From Phoronis australis (Eukaryota; Animalia; Phoronida), in the NCBI GenBank assembly GCA_002633005.1, contig NMRA01000055.1:733881-797880 (forward strand): a stretch of DNA of 64,000 bases. The letters run 5' to 3'. Of the stretch, positions 33,555-47,163 are shown in pieces. The notes beneath the pieces are model-generated. The model worked only from the letters and a program-made list of their open reading frames with translations. It was not told the origin of the DNA and ran no database searches. The position numbers and the translations under genes were made by a program. Numbering within the stretch: the first letter of the stretch is position 1; each line of letters starts with the position of its first letter.

Positions 33555-36500
33555 TACCCGTCATCGCCGAACAAATCGGTGAAGATCAACATCACGCGAG
33601 ACCCTGGTGAACACAGGAGAGAGGAGATCCGACTGATGTGCTATGACATCAGCCACATCTCCAGAACAACTCAATTCTTGCTGCTATGTCTCGGTGTCTT
33701 CGTCTTCTATCTCATTTATGGCTACTTTCAGGTATGAGAGTGGTAGATGTGGAGCTACAATGCTCGATTTGACAAAAAGATGAGTTTATTATTCCTTGAG
33801 ACCTTGCTCAGTGCGTAGGCTGACACGCAGTAACAAGCCAACCCGTAGTGCCTTGTCTCGAGCTATTACAGACTTCCAGTCCTTCTGACTCCCTGAAAAC
33901 ACCAGTCCTGTTATGTGACTGAAAATTTGAGACTGACGAGTGAAATTTTATAATAAATAATTTCATAAGGTCGGTAAAGAACACGTAGATTAATTCTTAT
34001 TGACACAACCAAGCAAAAACGCTGTACCTTGGCAGTATAGCTACCGAATATGGCTGCTGTGAGTAGTGTTTTTGCTTGGTTGTGTCAATAAGAATTAATC
34101 TATGTGTAAAATAAAAATAGCTTAAATAAAAGTTGATAAATTTTATCCTATTGCTGACCTTTGTATTTTCAAAGCATCCATAAGCAAGGTATTCAACTTT
34201 TGAAAAGTAGAAAAAAATGAAATTTTGCACAAAACAAATGGAGAACTTCTTTTTCAAGTAGACTTGTTGTCTTGATTCAGAAGTAGACTTGTTTCCTTTT
34301 TCAGGAGCTGATATTTCAGCTGGAAGGATTCAAAACGCACGGCTGGTACCTGACTCTCATACAGTTTGCCTGCTACACTTTGTTTGGGTTGACTGAGCTA
34401 CAGTTTAAAGAGGATAAGTCTAGGAAGTGAGTTAGTCGGTGCTATACACTGCTGAAATGTTTATTTCATAGCGATGCCATTCATGTTCAGATTTAGTATT
34501 TGTTTGTTTATTCACTCTGCCCTGGCTGCCCTATTATTATTTACTTGGATATAAAGTCGTTGGAAACAACCATGAATAGCGAGAGCACTGTTATCTAAAT
34601 TTTCAAAATCCCACAAAGCATTCTCTTTTTGGCAGGTCTTCCATCCACGCAGGAGTACTTGCACGAATGTTAATTTTTGTTCCTAATAGATAATTTTTGT
34701 TTACAAAAATTTCAAAGGTGCACACGTTTATCAAATATTAACTCCTTTTTTCCAGCATTCATTTTGCAATATTTGGAAATTCTGATAATTGTCAGACAAA
34801 TCAAATTTTAGAAAGCAGTATAATGCACAATACAGTGTCCTGACGCAGCGTTATTCATATCTTCCAATAACAAGCACTTTGTTGAGAAGATAACGTATTG
34901 ATTTACTATTACGTTTGTGTCCATTTCTAGGATTCCTTTGAAGTCTTACACTTTGATAGCCTTTCTAACTGTTGCAACAATGGGATTGTCTAACTCATCC
35001 GTCGGCTATCTCAACTACCCGACCCAAGTCATCTTTAAATGCTGTAAATTAATTCCCGTGTTAATTGGTGGTATATTAATACAAGGTGAGAGAATGGTAG
35101 TATTATTTGAAGTGAAAGAAAGGTTTCATTTTGTTTTGGTTATGCAGCGTTATCTTTGAAAATGATTTTTTGGTTCATGGTTTGGGGTATAAACCTTTGT
35201 TTTGTTTTTTTAATGCTGCAGGAACTGCGGACCGAATGGACTTCATTGATTTATACAACGGGGGAAGTTCACTGCCATTGCTAACTTGATGGTCAAATTG
35301 GGGTAAAAATTGCAATAGTCTGAAGTTGGTGAAATTATTAATTTTCTGTGCATTGAAAAAATAATTATTAATAGTCATTTTACTGCAGACTTATTTTTTA
35401 TAGATAACAGGCATTTACAAATATCTGAGTTGGTATAAATCTTTGTAAGAAAACTTTTGCTTATCAAGATTTGTGCCCAAGTCAGACATCGTTCATGGCT
35501 GTATTTTGCTATTTACTGGTCCGTAACACCATTCAGGCTATCGAGCATTTAAATGGTTCTGGTTTCATGCTTTTGCAGGAAAAAAATACGGTCTACTAGA
35601 TGTAGTAGCGTGCGTTTGTATGAGTGTTGGCCTTATTCTCTTCACGTTAGCCGACAATACGGTGTCGCCAAATTTTAACTCTTATGGTAAGATTTGCCAA
35701 CTTTTTATGTTTTACGCTTAGTTTTCGCATCATATCACAAAATATAGTGAAGCCCAAATGCATGCTGATTTTGAAATTGCATGATATTGGCTATGCACCT
35801 GTTTATATTATTCTCTGATAAGAATTTTACCTGGATCTCCAAATTGTCTTTCGCTCATTAGAATTGAACGAGCAAGATAAAGAAGAAAACAGTAACTGTT
35901 TTTGAAACTCATCTAGAAGCTCGTTACTTTTAATTCCCAACATCGCATTCACTCATATTTAGCAATCCGAGAAATTATGATAAAAACGTTTTATTTTTTC
36001 CTTCCAGGAATTCTACTTATCTCATTGGCCTTATGCGCCGATGCGTGTATCGGAAACTTCCAAGAAAAAGCCATGAAGCAGTTTCATGGCAGTAATTCTG
36101 AAGTGGTGAGTTGGGTTTGATACAAAAGTTGAACAAACAGATATGCTTATTGTCAAAATTTCGAAAAGTTCCTCAATCACAGTGGATGTGATTTTACAAA
36201 AAATATCAATAAATCATTGCAATGTTTATTATTATCACTCAGTTTAGTGACACTTCATTACTCCTGTAGTTTCGTTTTCGTAACCTAAGACTATAGTATC
36301 TCATCGCGTCTAAATGGTTGTGTGGAGAATTTATTCTTCAGTACTCGTCATTGTTGGTGTTCCGTTCCAAAAAATTTCAGGAATTCTCTCGGATTAATGG
36401 CCTTAACATCAAGACCGCAATGGTCAATTTTGGCCATCTCAAAGTTTTTCGAATTAGACGAGTGAAATGGAAAATGAGGATTCTGGTAATCTTTCTTGAA

Positions 36501-39500
36501 CATTGGAGAGTGTATCTTGTTCTCAGGCTCGATATTCACTAGGTGGCGCTCATGTAGAAATGAACATCTTTCCATTTAGAAAACTGATCATTAGCACTGG
36601 GGCATTATTGGTATAATTCAATATCTCTTCAGGTCAGTCATGCTACCTTGTGACTTTAGAGTTCTTCCTCTAAGGCACACATGAGTTGTAAGATCACTGC
36701 TCAGTCGTTGAGTTTAGTTGCCTTGCAGAAATGCCGAGATGTTCCACTGATCTGGTTACCTTGTTTGGCCAGTTTGCATTGCACTATTTTCTTAATGATT
36801 GTACATTTCTTTGCAGGTGCTGTATTCCTACTCCATTGGTTTTATCTATATACTGCTTGGTTTGGTGGTCACGGGGGACTTCCTGCCAGCTTTTAAATTT
36901 TGTTGGGAGGTATGTGTTTGTCCGCATTATTTTTTAAAGTGACTTTGCACCAAGAGTTGTGGAATTTACGTCTGCTTTGCACAAATAACCATACTTTTGA
37001 CAGTGAGTCAAAACACATATTCTTTTTCAATGTGTTGACTGGCAACTTCATTGGAGATGGAAAATGTTGATTTTCTTATTTAGCCACGTGAGGATTATGT
37101 ATTACAAGCCAAAATTATTTAGACAAAATTACCTGGAATTCCCCGTCGTGACGGCTGGGTGGAAGTTGAATTCATCGTCAATAACCTCTCTTGATTAAGA
37201 ATGAAGAGGAATGGACAGGAAAGTTCGTAAGATGGCTAAGCCATTCTGAAATTAGAATTTTGCTGCCGTTATAGATAGTTATTACTGATCATTTTTTTAC
37301 TAAAAGATTTAACCCTGACGACGGGAGATGGTATTTTGTTTGATTACTTTTGTCTTGTACTGTACGCTTATTTTCTTCAAACATACAACTTTTGTCAAAT
37401 AACAGACAAGTTTTGGTATTTAAATGCACCCTAGTTATTGAGTGAAGTGATCACCACTAATTGTATGTTGAGATATTCTGTCGTACACTTTCTGTCGATT
37501 TTAGCCTATCAGTTATGGAGCATGTCATTTCCTTTTTAGCATCCTTTACAAACCTATGGCTATGGAGTGATATTCTCTATAAGTGGCTATCTAGGTGTAA
37601 ACATAGTGTTGTCTCTGGTCAAGTCCTTCGGTGCACTTGTTGCTGTTACAGGTGAGTGTTCTTACTATCAACCTCTCACAGCGTGAGACTTCTTTTTAAA
37701 GGCACTTGTTCAAATTGAGGTGTTGGTCACATAGTCGATTTTGGGTGCTGCCCCCCTTGGTCGTGGATACAACCAAAAATAACTGGTGTTGTTAACGCTT
37801 GCGTGCATACTTTCCTTTGAACAATGAGTTAGTGCCTGTATCTTAGATGTGCTCTGCCTTGCAGCTAGAGCTGTGACTGGATCCAGTGTAAATGCCGAGA
37901 TTTTCTAGTCTTGAACAATTTTCTTAACAACTCTTCTGAGAAGAAAGTACTTTTCAACTTTGGTTTGTAAATCTATTTAATAGCAGTTCCTCATGCAAAT
38001 ATCTACAAAACTTGATTTTAAGTTCATATTTTTGGAAAGTAAAAATCCCGTAGAATTTTGACTTTTTACCAATCTGTCATTAATTGGGTCACGTCTTTTT
38101 ATTAAAATTCTTCTAAAGAGAATTAAGATACATTCATAGCAAAACAATGTTATCAACAATATAACCAAATTTTGTTTATTACCAATTTCCAAGTTGAAAT
38201 CTCATTCTAAATTATCATTTTATTATGTAACGTTGACATTTTTCATGAAAATCATAACGGTCCTAACTTTGATAGGCCCTCGTGCAAAAGTGGAACATTT
38301 TTAAAGTAATTCCTAATTGCGCTTTGGAGAACTTTGCATCAAGCATAGTATCTGAAAATTTCAAATGAATTCTTTTTGGTGGTGCTGCTAAAATGGTTGT
38401 ATTATGCATTGTTGTTTAGGACACAATGCTTCGTTTTAGCATAAATTTTAACTATGTAAACGTGAAAGCACCAGTGTTCCAAAAATGCTGAACCATTTTA
38501 ATTTGGACACACAACACCTCGTTTTGAAGCCTAATGTCAAATTCGTGCAAGTAGTGAATCTGATCATCCATTTCTGAGATATGATGTTCCCAAGTTGGCC
38601 AAATTTGGACATTTTTGTATTGTCCCGCGGAACATACATGATATTGCTGCCTCAGCGTTGCCCTGTGGAATACATGTATTGTAGACTGTACTGACATTCC
38701 TTGTTCCAGTCACCACATGCAGAAAAGCCATCACTATCATCCTGTCGTTCATTTTCTTCACAAAACCGTTCACCACAGTGTAAGTATGACAGTTGAGATT
38801 CTGTCTCTATGCGATTGTGTGCAGATGTTGTTACGATACTGACTTGTGTTCTACTCAGTTCTGCCGCTTTCGTAGTATGTCTTTTGTGACATATTGTTCT
38901 GTTGTCGTGCATGTCAGACAATTTGTACCTCAACAGCCAAATTTGGGGTGTTTTTTAGGCCTTGCTTATCCTTAGTATATGATTTGTTTAATTTTTCACC
39001 CAGCCTGTTGTTTTTACCTTCAAGCAAGATGAGCGATCTCTTGAAGTCCATAACTACAGAACGCTGCAAACTATTCAGAGGCTGTGAAAAGTCCAGAATT
39101 AAACTATGCAGTGTTACAGATGCATAGAAATTCAACCAGTTGCGTTTATAGAAAGGCTTTTGGATCGAAGGTCAGCAGAGATTGCCCAGTGGTCATGAAA
39201 GCTTGAAATGGCAACATCTTCCAATCCACTCATAAACGTTTTTTTAAAAATTGGTCTTCAGTCATTTCTATCCCAATTGCATCCTCTGCTACATCAAGTG
39301 TTGTGCCGTAGAAATCGCCTAATTTATCGTGACAGCCTTACAGATCTGGGCAGTGTTAAGCCCTACTGCTGTAAATTATATGTCTGATATTTTTAGGTTA
39401 TTTCAAACAAAGTGTCAAAAGTAAATTATTTCTTTGTACAAAAAATGCAAACAAGCTTTGCACACTTCCCATCTACACTGAAAGACAAAAGTAATCGAAC

Positions 39501-39881
39501 ATAATATTATTTTCCCTTCATGACGGTTAAGTCTGTTAACAGCAAAGATGACTGTTTATAACTATAAGGGCTGTAAAATTCTAATTACAGAATGTCTTAG
39601 CTTTCTGACGATGAATTCAGCTTTTATACAGCTGTCATGACTGGAATTCCATGTCATCTGTTTGAATAATTTTGGCTTATACTGTACATACTGATTTTAA
39701 TCTTCCCTGTTTGTGTTTCAGGTATATATGGTCTGGTCTCATTGTCGTCCTAGGAATATATCTCAATATCTACAGTAAGAACAAATCTAAGTGGGACTCC
39801 TACATAAAAGAGTTAGTTCTCAGGTTAGGACTCACCAGAAGAAGGAAAGTGACAATTCAGTCACTGGAAAATATCGTATAG
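33534..39881 (+). CDS. SLC35B3: Adenosine 3'-phospho 5'-phosphosulfate (PAPS) transporter 2, 9 coding exons, 371 aa from ATG 33534 (a further upstream coding exon cannot be excluded)
   Basis: Exons: 33534-33731 (acceptor at 33528; GVFVFYLIYGYFQ), 34305-34426 (ELIFQLEGFKTHGWYLTLIQF), 34931-35085 (TMGLSNSSVGYLNYPTQVIFKCCKLIPVLIGGILIQ), 35579-35686, 36008-36105 (LCADACIGNFQEKAM), 36817-36909, 37540-37651 (LSLVKSFGALVAVT), 38710-38779 (TTCRKAITIILSFIFFTKPFT), 39722-39881 (YIWSGLIVVLGIYLNIYSKN..*). Lengths sum to 1116 nt and phases are consistent. Confidence 0.95.
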
Positions 39882-39889
39882 CATAGGGC

Positions 39890-40200
39890 AGTCATAGCAA
39901 CGTTGACGCTAGTAGCTACAGCAACATGGGAGGCCAAGCATTTTGACATCATAGCAGCTTTGTGATAGGGACTGCAGGGAATGAGAGCATGAAGGCAACC
40001 TTGTTGCAACGGATTGGGGTGTCATAGCAACACTGTTGCTAGGAGTTACAAGAAAAGCCAAGCATTAGAGTATGGTGGTAACGTGTCGCTGGCAGCAGTT
40101 TTGAAGACGAGCATTCTAGTGTCATGGTAATATTGTCACTAGGAGCAACAAAGAAAGTCATGCCTGAGACATGGTGGCCTCATTGTTGCTAATTGCAACT
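39890..40200 (+). repeat. Degenerate ~50-bp tandem array with RFX X-box-like motifs immediately after the SLC35B3 stop
   Basis: Recurring GTCATAGCAAC, GTTGCTAGG and GCCAAGCATT blocks at ~39890, 39947, 40019, 40070, 40119 and 40168. Confidence 0.6.
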
Positions 40201-43200
40201 AATCAGGCACTTATTAAAGCAAGAATATTGCTGTCTGAAATGCGAACCAAATTTCAGTTTATGCATATTTTGGGAGCATGACATTTAATTGGTTCTTAAA
40301 AGCTCTTTTATAAAGATTGCCATGTGAATTTGTGAACCCATTTCAGACTTAGTTGTTGATGACATTTTTATTGCTATTAAATTATTTACTCTTTATATGA
40401 ATGTTACGTCCATATTAACGTCCCATGAATTCTGTTACGCAATGAAGTGTATGATTAGTGCACAAACTCAACGTATTGATGGTCACATCTTTACGTGCTT
40501 TGAGCATGCTTGTTCTCCTTAAAACTGGAACAATTTTGGTTGTGTTTTTATTTTCGTAGCATCATTACACTCAAAACTTTTAAATCCCCATGCAGTGCCA
40601 GGTTTATCACAGTGGCTTCTACGGTTATTTTTGTAGACACATTTCGCAATATAAAATTAAAATTCTGCCATATTGTGTCGCATTGACTCTTTGTGCAATT
40701 ACTTATTATTGTTCTGGCTGTTGGTTTCCATGGTGAATAATTATTATAATGTTGATTTTCAACTGCTCCTTAGGTAGGCGAATTGTGAAAAGGTTTGTTA
40801 GTTTTTTTCTACGTTCTGAATAGTTGAAAGGCAATTCACTACTTGCACCAATTCATCATTACACTTGAAAACTAGATATTGTTTCCTAGCTACAATATTT
40901 CTGCATGTTTGGTTTAGGTGGTTTTCACATTTGCGTTGTTAAAATTGATGCTAAAACAAGACATTTTGTTCTTAACAACAATGCACAAAAATCATTTTTT
41001 GAAGCGCCACCAAAGTGTGCAAGTAGTGAATTGTGTGGATTTCTCAACATAACAGTTGAGTTTTCAAAATCTTCAGAAAATGACAGACAACATGCTAAGA
41101 GTATAAGGTTTTTGTGACTCGTTTATCAGTTGGCAGTGGAGTCTGGTCATTTAAACTACTCAACATGAATGAATAGACTCTAGTTACGCAATTTTGACCA
41201 TGGATTGATGAATTAGCTTTAGTTTTGGTGGATTTTCTGTACAAAAACAATAAATTGAAATACGTAATTGATACATTCCAATGGAATGACTGTGGGTTCT
41301 TGGGGTTTCAGTAGTAGTTTGTTATGGTAGGTACCCTGTCATGAATTATTTTTTCATGGGGCGCTGTTTTGATCACACAGTGACTTAGAGGAGTGAAGGA
41401 AATGTCTCGAAGAATGAGTCCGGAAAAATAAATGCATTTATTAATGTCGTTGTTTCTGTTGTTTTTCTTGTTGAGATATTTTTACCGAAGTTGAATAATT
41501 TTGGAGCAAAACTTTTTGTCTGCTTCGCTAAATGATGCACTTCAATTTGTTCTGATATCTTCAGGTTTCAACAAAACTACAATGTCAAAATTAGAAAAGC
41601 AAATTTTTTGAAAACTTCTAAAAAACAGCTCATGCTTACCTGTCATATTATTGGAGAAAAGAGTTGTGGCTTGACAACTATGGTTTGATTATTTGATCAG
41701 TCACTGGTTTCAAACCCATTTTTGCTTTTTACCGAATGGTGCAAATTGAAACTAGCTTAATGGATCATGACAACATGGGCTAACACCAGAATGCCAACTG
41801 AAGTTTTCCTAATTTGCAGAAAAGTGATAATACCCATAATAATGTCCACTTTGAGATAAAATAATGTAATTGTACAGTTTGAACACAGGGGATTCTGTTG
41901 TGTGTTTCACTAACATGCGCGCACCCGGGGGGCTCTAACGGACCCCTTCCCCTCATTTGGCGAAGTGGGCAAAAAGGTCCGCCTCACAGATACAAAGACT
42001 TTGAAAAAGACGATCCACTAAAATTGCAGAAATTACCAAAATTCGACGAATGCTCAATTCATAGCTCTGAACGTACCCCGTGAATATTAGAAAAATGTCC
42101 ACGTTGACTTTTTGGTTTTAAGAGTGTATCGTAGATTTAAACAACTACAATTTATACCTAAACCAGTGAATTCAATTTTCAAAACGCGAATTGGAGACCC
42201 AAGTTATGTTTAATATCTTATTTACAATATTCTGGACAAAACACTACTTTTTCAATTTTCGTTTTGAAAAATGGAAATAAGACAAAATCTGATTTCAAGT
42301 TTCGTTTTTAAGTTTGTAATTGAAATATTTGCTGGAGGTCATAAGTGTCTAGACAACACTTGTTGATTCTTGATTATAATACCCAAGTTCCCGTCGCACC
42401 TTTCACTACCATGATTTTGGGATGTTTAACGTGATCGTTCGTATACGGTATGCGCCCCAGATGAATGACAAATGACGGGACTAGGAACTGAAAGCAAAGT
42501 TTCTGTGATGATTCTTTGTGGGGTTCGTCTCCATGTCATTATAGGTCCCCTGTGCCATGTTGCTTGAACCTGCCCTGAATAAGAACTCAACTAAGTTCCC
42601 TAAATCCACTGCGTATTTTGTGGACATATGAAAAAACACTGATTGTCCTTTCTTATGCTGTTTTAGATTCAATTATTTTGGAAACGTAGATGAATCCGAA
42701 TTTGAGACTGTTTCGTGAAACCGGACCCTGCTCTCATAGTAACGTGGTCAATCGCATCAGCGAAGATTGTTCGTTCTCACTCACATTGCGATTTCGTTTT
42801 CTATGAGTCAGTTTCTAAATTATTTTTAACTTTTCATAAGTCATTTGTCCTAGAAAAGAGGGCCTACTTGAGCGCGCATGAACTTGCGATTGGACTGGCA
42901 AAATGAGAACTATTTTCCGTTTATCTTCTCAGATTTCATACGTTTTAAATTCCAATTTTTTCAGTCTCCATCCATTGGTGATATGATTAACGAGAGCCTT
43001 ATTGTACCAAATACAAGGGAACCAGGCTAAAAGTGGTCAATCACTCGTGTACCATGGCTCTTCGGTCTGGCGCCACAAACTGTTAGAGATTTTTAATTTT
43101 TAATTCACAGCTTCAAACAACAATAAGACCAAACTTTCCATACTTCAATAATTAATGATGTAGTCATGTTCATGTGTGTCCCCACTAAATAAAGTTGAAT

Positions 43201-44426
43201 CAAATTTTTGGCAGATTTCTTGAGACACAATCTAACGCTTACAACAGTGCTGTAACTTCTGTTCATCACGTGAGTGACTATAAGTCCACCTAATCCCATT
43301 AGGATTACAGCAGCCTCTGAAGGTCGAAAACGTTCATTTTTTCATTTTTTGTGATTAATCGACTGTGTCTCATAAAAGTCGACTTAGAGGTGTTACCGTC
43401 TGGTGGGAGAGAGGGGGCGGGGTGAGGGATAGGGGATATAGTTGGTGACGGTGAGTGCCACTTGGGTAATTAGGATATCCCTTTTAGAGTGATGGCTGCA
43501 CTTCTAGAGAGCACAAGTACGATTAAAAATCCTCCACTTAGTGGAAGCCTTTTGTGATGTAAGTCAGTCGTAGATTTTCTATGATAATTCTTTTTAGGAA
43601 TGAAACGAATGTTTATTATTGAATTCAAACTCAATGAAAAGGCTTTGGGTTGTACAATTTTCATTTTTTAGAGTTCTGTTGCAAAAACGGATCTTTCCAA
43701 CCTAAAAAGTGATGCATCATCGCACCAGGAAATTTAAACGGAAAGTCACCCTTTCAGAGGAACACTTGGAATGAAAAGTTACTCATCTGAGCGGCACCGT
43801 GTTCGTGAACGTAATTACCGTATGTCCTTTATGTGCTGCCAGTGGTCTGACTGGCGGTTGGCAAAGAACTACAACGCCTCGGAAATATAATCTGATTGAC
43901 ACAGTTGTAAAGACGAATATCCTGGTGATAGAATAACTTCCTCTTTTCAGTAATACTGACAGACTTGTCTGTTTTCACAAAAGCCTGTGGAGGAATTTGA
44001 CCGCTTCTTGCCACGGACTCTCCGCGAACTCTTGCTGTCGGTCAAAACGTTCTCAACTCAATTTTTCTCAGGGCTCTCCAACCTTATTTGACATACAGAC
44101 GAGGAACACGACTGATATACACATTTTGAAAGGCACCAGGGATAGATCACCCAGTTACTTTCCCACCTCAGGAACCTATACCTTTTGTCGCATTAACTAT
44201 ACTAATAGCAAAGCGTCGGACAGTGACCGACAGCTGATATATTGTCACGGCCGGGTGGTTCCAAAAGGTTCGACCAAAGAACCCATTTTGTCAGCAACAG
44301 AACTCAAATACACTACATTGTCGCTGATTACGGCAACAATCAAAGAATATATTAACCAGTATACTACAAAAACCACAGTAATAAAAAAATCAATTTATCT
44401 GTGTTTTATGATTTCATTGTTGACAT

Positions 44427-44836
44427 GGAGAATTCGTGAATGAAAGTGGCTTAATTAAGAAAGTAATTTAATTTCACGCTTCCACTTTCTAATTGCTGAA
44501 AAAATGTTGAGTCAAGTTTTAGCGGATCACAGACTAGAAATAATTTGCAGAAATTATTTCGGTAACTAGCAGTTACAGATTTTGGACTTCCGTTTAAATG
44601 AGATTGAATTCTTTTTCAGAAATATTTATTAGAAGCCTAACACCAAAGTCCTGCCTCCCGTTCAGTAACGCTAGGTCCTCGCTAAAAAGCAAGACTTCGC
44701 GAGATTACGTGAGATATTGCCGTGTATTTTGAATAAGAACACGTGACTTTGACTAGGTTTTAGCTAGGTCCTAGCGTAGGTCCTAGCGTCTACTGAACGC
44801 ACGCCTGATTTAAGTCACTTTCATGAAACAGATTCC
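44427..44836. mobile_element. Inverted copy of the 21475 MITE interrupted by a second MITE (44651-44807)
   Basis: The reverse complement of 44521-44630 aligns by eye to ~21537-21658. The inner element has inverted ends CGTTCAGTAACGCTAGG and CCTAGCGTCTACTGAACG, with relatives at ~51040-51110 and ~18470-18540. Confidence 0.65.
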
Positions 44837-46929
44837 AAATTCTATGTCTGCGATCATTTTGGAAATCGAGCGGTGGTGCAGTTGTTGTTTCTATTTATTT
44901 TTACTCTTCGCTTGGCAAATCGTGGGGTTTCAAACCTTGCTTATATTTACTAACGTGTCTGTGTGCACTATGAGAGACCTTGAATGAAATTGATGCGGGT
45001 GGGTGTGTTTTTTTCTTTTAGTCGGGGAGCGCAGGTCTCAAAATTATTCGAGCACAGAACAGAAGCAACTAAGCTTTAGTTGACTAAATAGGGAGCACGA
45101 AAGTGTCCTACGCTTTATCTAAATTGTAATTTCGGTGTGCAAGACGTACTGCATGTGAAATAGTTTGGTTATCCCACAGCATAACCGTAGTAATTGACAG
45201 CATGGTAGTCGCAAAGAATTTGTGAGGAAACTGTGGCACTGCATTGAACTTTTAAATAAAAGCACAAAACCAGTCTACCAACTACTCGAAACTATTGCTA
45301 ACCAGCGACATAATCAAGGTTCATTACGTCGGTGCTACACCAGGAAAATGGCCCAGCACATATTGAACTCAGGTATAGAAAATCAGTTCCCATGAAAAAT
45401 TCGAAAAACTATCAACACAAATAAGATTTCTTCACATTTTGAGATTTATTTTCCGTAGTGTAGATGGAAACCATTAGAACGCCGGCACCAACTTTTACAC
45501 GCTTTATACGATCATTTTTGTCGCCGATTATTATTGACCTAGCGTCGGTAAGGGGAAATTTCTTTGCGAGTCAGCGAATTTTCTTGTTGCACTGAACTCT
45601 TTATATTGACAAGCGCGACCTTTCATTCATAAAGTTACGACGCCAACTCCGTTGACATACTATTTGGGTAAGCCTAAGTACAAAAAAAAAAACACTAACC
45701 GCCGGGGGTGATGCCACCAGCGGCGGGCACGGACTGATTCACTGCGGGTAGCCTATAAGAGACATACCCAATAACAATTTTGTGACATCTAGCGTAAAAC
45801 TCGCTTTAGTAGCGGGTTAAAATTCTGTTCTTGGACGGAGCTTATCCAGATGCCCCAAAATTCTTGACCAGCAGACCATGCCGGCCCGGCTCATGCGTGC
45901 AACGGGTGAGACGGAGGAGCAATCGTCTTCGTTACTTCTCTAGGTCAGAGGTTGGGTTTTCACTGGGGCGAGACCTGGACAAATTAAAAAAGAAAAAATG
46001 CGACCCATATTCATATCAAGAGCTACAATATCCAGTCTGAAAAACGCCCCGTGGTTTCCGGCCGGGATCGTTGTCTATGATTGCCCATTATTCAATCATG
46101 CCGTATTATATCTGACCGAGTCTTCCATGCCCTACTAGAGACTCTCAAATCTAACCGGGCACGTACGTCTAGTGTTAACTGGCACCCCACATTCTGATCT
46201 GAGTAAAAACGATCGAAATGTATACATCCCCCGCCTGACAGTTAAAATGTCTACCCATCTCAATCAGAGGCCGTACGTCTCCACTGACTAATTTCGCTAA
46301 TTGTCTGGCCGGGAGTCATGAGTCCACGGCCGGTCGCCGGGCGTCTGTGCAAAAAAACCAGTGACTAAAACGAACTATCCATGTCAAGGTATGTTCAGCG
46401 AACTTTTGACTGGTTCCGTTTCGACTGCTATAAAACCGGGTCTTCATCAGTCACTCAGACGGACCGCGGCAAAGTTGGCCTTACTGTCTGTTCGTTAGTT
46501 GGCGGGTCGGCAGCCTGCCGCGATGAGAGGGTACAGGCTGATTAGAACCGAGTGGTTTCAAGAACGAAGAGTCGTGAGTCGAATGGGAAGACCGATTTGC
46601 GTTGCAATCTCCAGGTTTTTATTACAGTAAATGAAGTTTTCAGTTACATCAGTGTCCCTCAGAGGAGAGCATGGGCGCCTTTTCACTGGCCTAAAGCGGC
46701 CTAAAAGCCGATGTCGCTGACAGTGTGTCACTAGTCACCGTACTGAATCCGACTGTCAATGGGTCAACCAACCGTAACTAAACCTGGCTGGTCAATTCAG
46801 ACGATCACAGGTCTAAGAGTATCATTTTTAAAAGTTAAAACAGAACACAGTCGCATTTAATTTTTTTTAACTCTTGTGTATTTATTCACCACCTGAGTCG
46901 GTGTGTCGTGTTACTGCGACGCAATGTCA

Positions 46930-47163
46930 GTCCTGGGAATTTCACAGGGGGCGCCTAAGTTCGAGGCACAAACTGTGACGTCACTTACCAGGAAGTTGAA
47001 CAAGGAAGCAGGATGTTCAGAGCGACCTGTTGTTTGTAAGTTTTTAAAAGTTTCTTTGCTTAAGATTGAGACATCGGATGGGCACGTGTTTAATTCATGG
47101 AGTTTAAATTGATAAAAAATTAACTAAAAGCCATCTATGATAGAGTTTTTGGCAGCCTAAAAG
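46930..47163 (+). promoter_or_regulatory. Candidate promoter/first exon of the FYB-like gene
   Basis: Motif cluster: GGGAATTTCA (kB-like, 46935), CACAGGGGGCGCC (CTCF-like, ~46943), TGACGTCA (full CRE, 46976-46983), CAGGAAGT and CAGGATGT (ETS, 46989 and 47009). It lies 150-230 bp upstream of ATG TCG|GTGAGT, downstream of a CpG-richer tract at ~45700-46750. Confidence 0.45.

Noticed and set aside
15910-39881. U12-type (minor) introns
   Set aside because: All reconstructed introns are GT-AG, and none has the RTATCCTT donor consensus.
43997-44443. 148-aa ORF
   Set aside because: It has a non-ATG start, no recognisable domain and no splice-phase support, and it runs into a MITE end.
45690-46178. 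Possible piggyBac-like element ending CTAGTG|TTAA at 46174
   Set aside because: No convincing matching left terminus was found.
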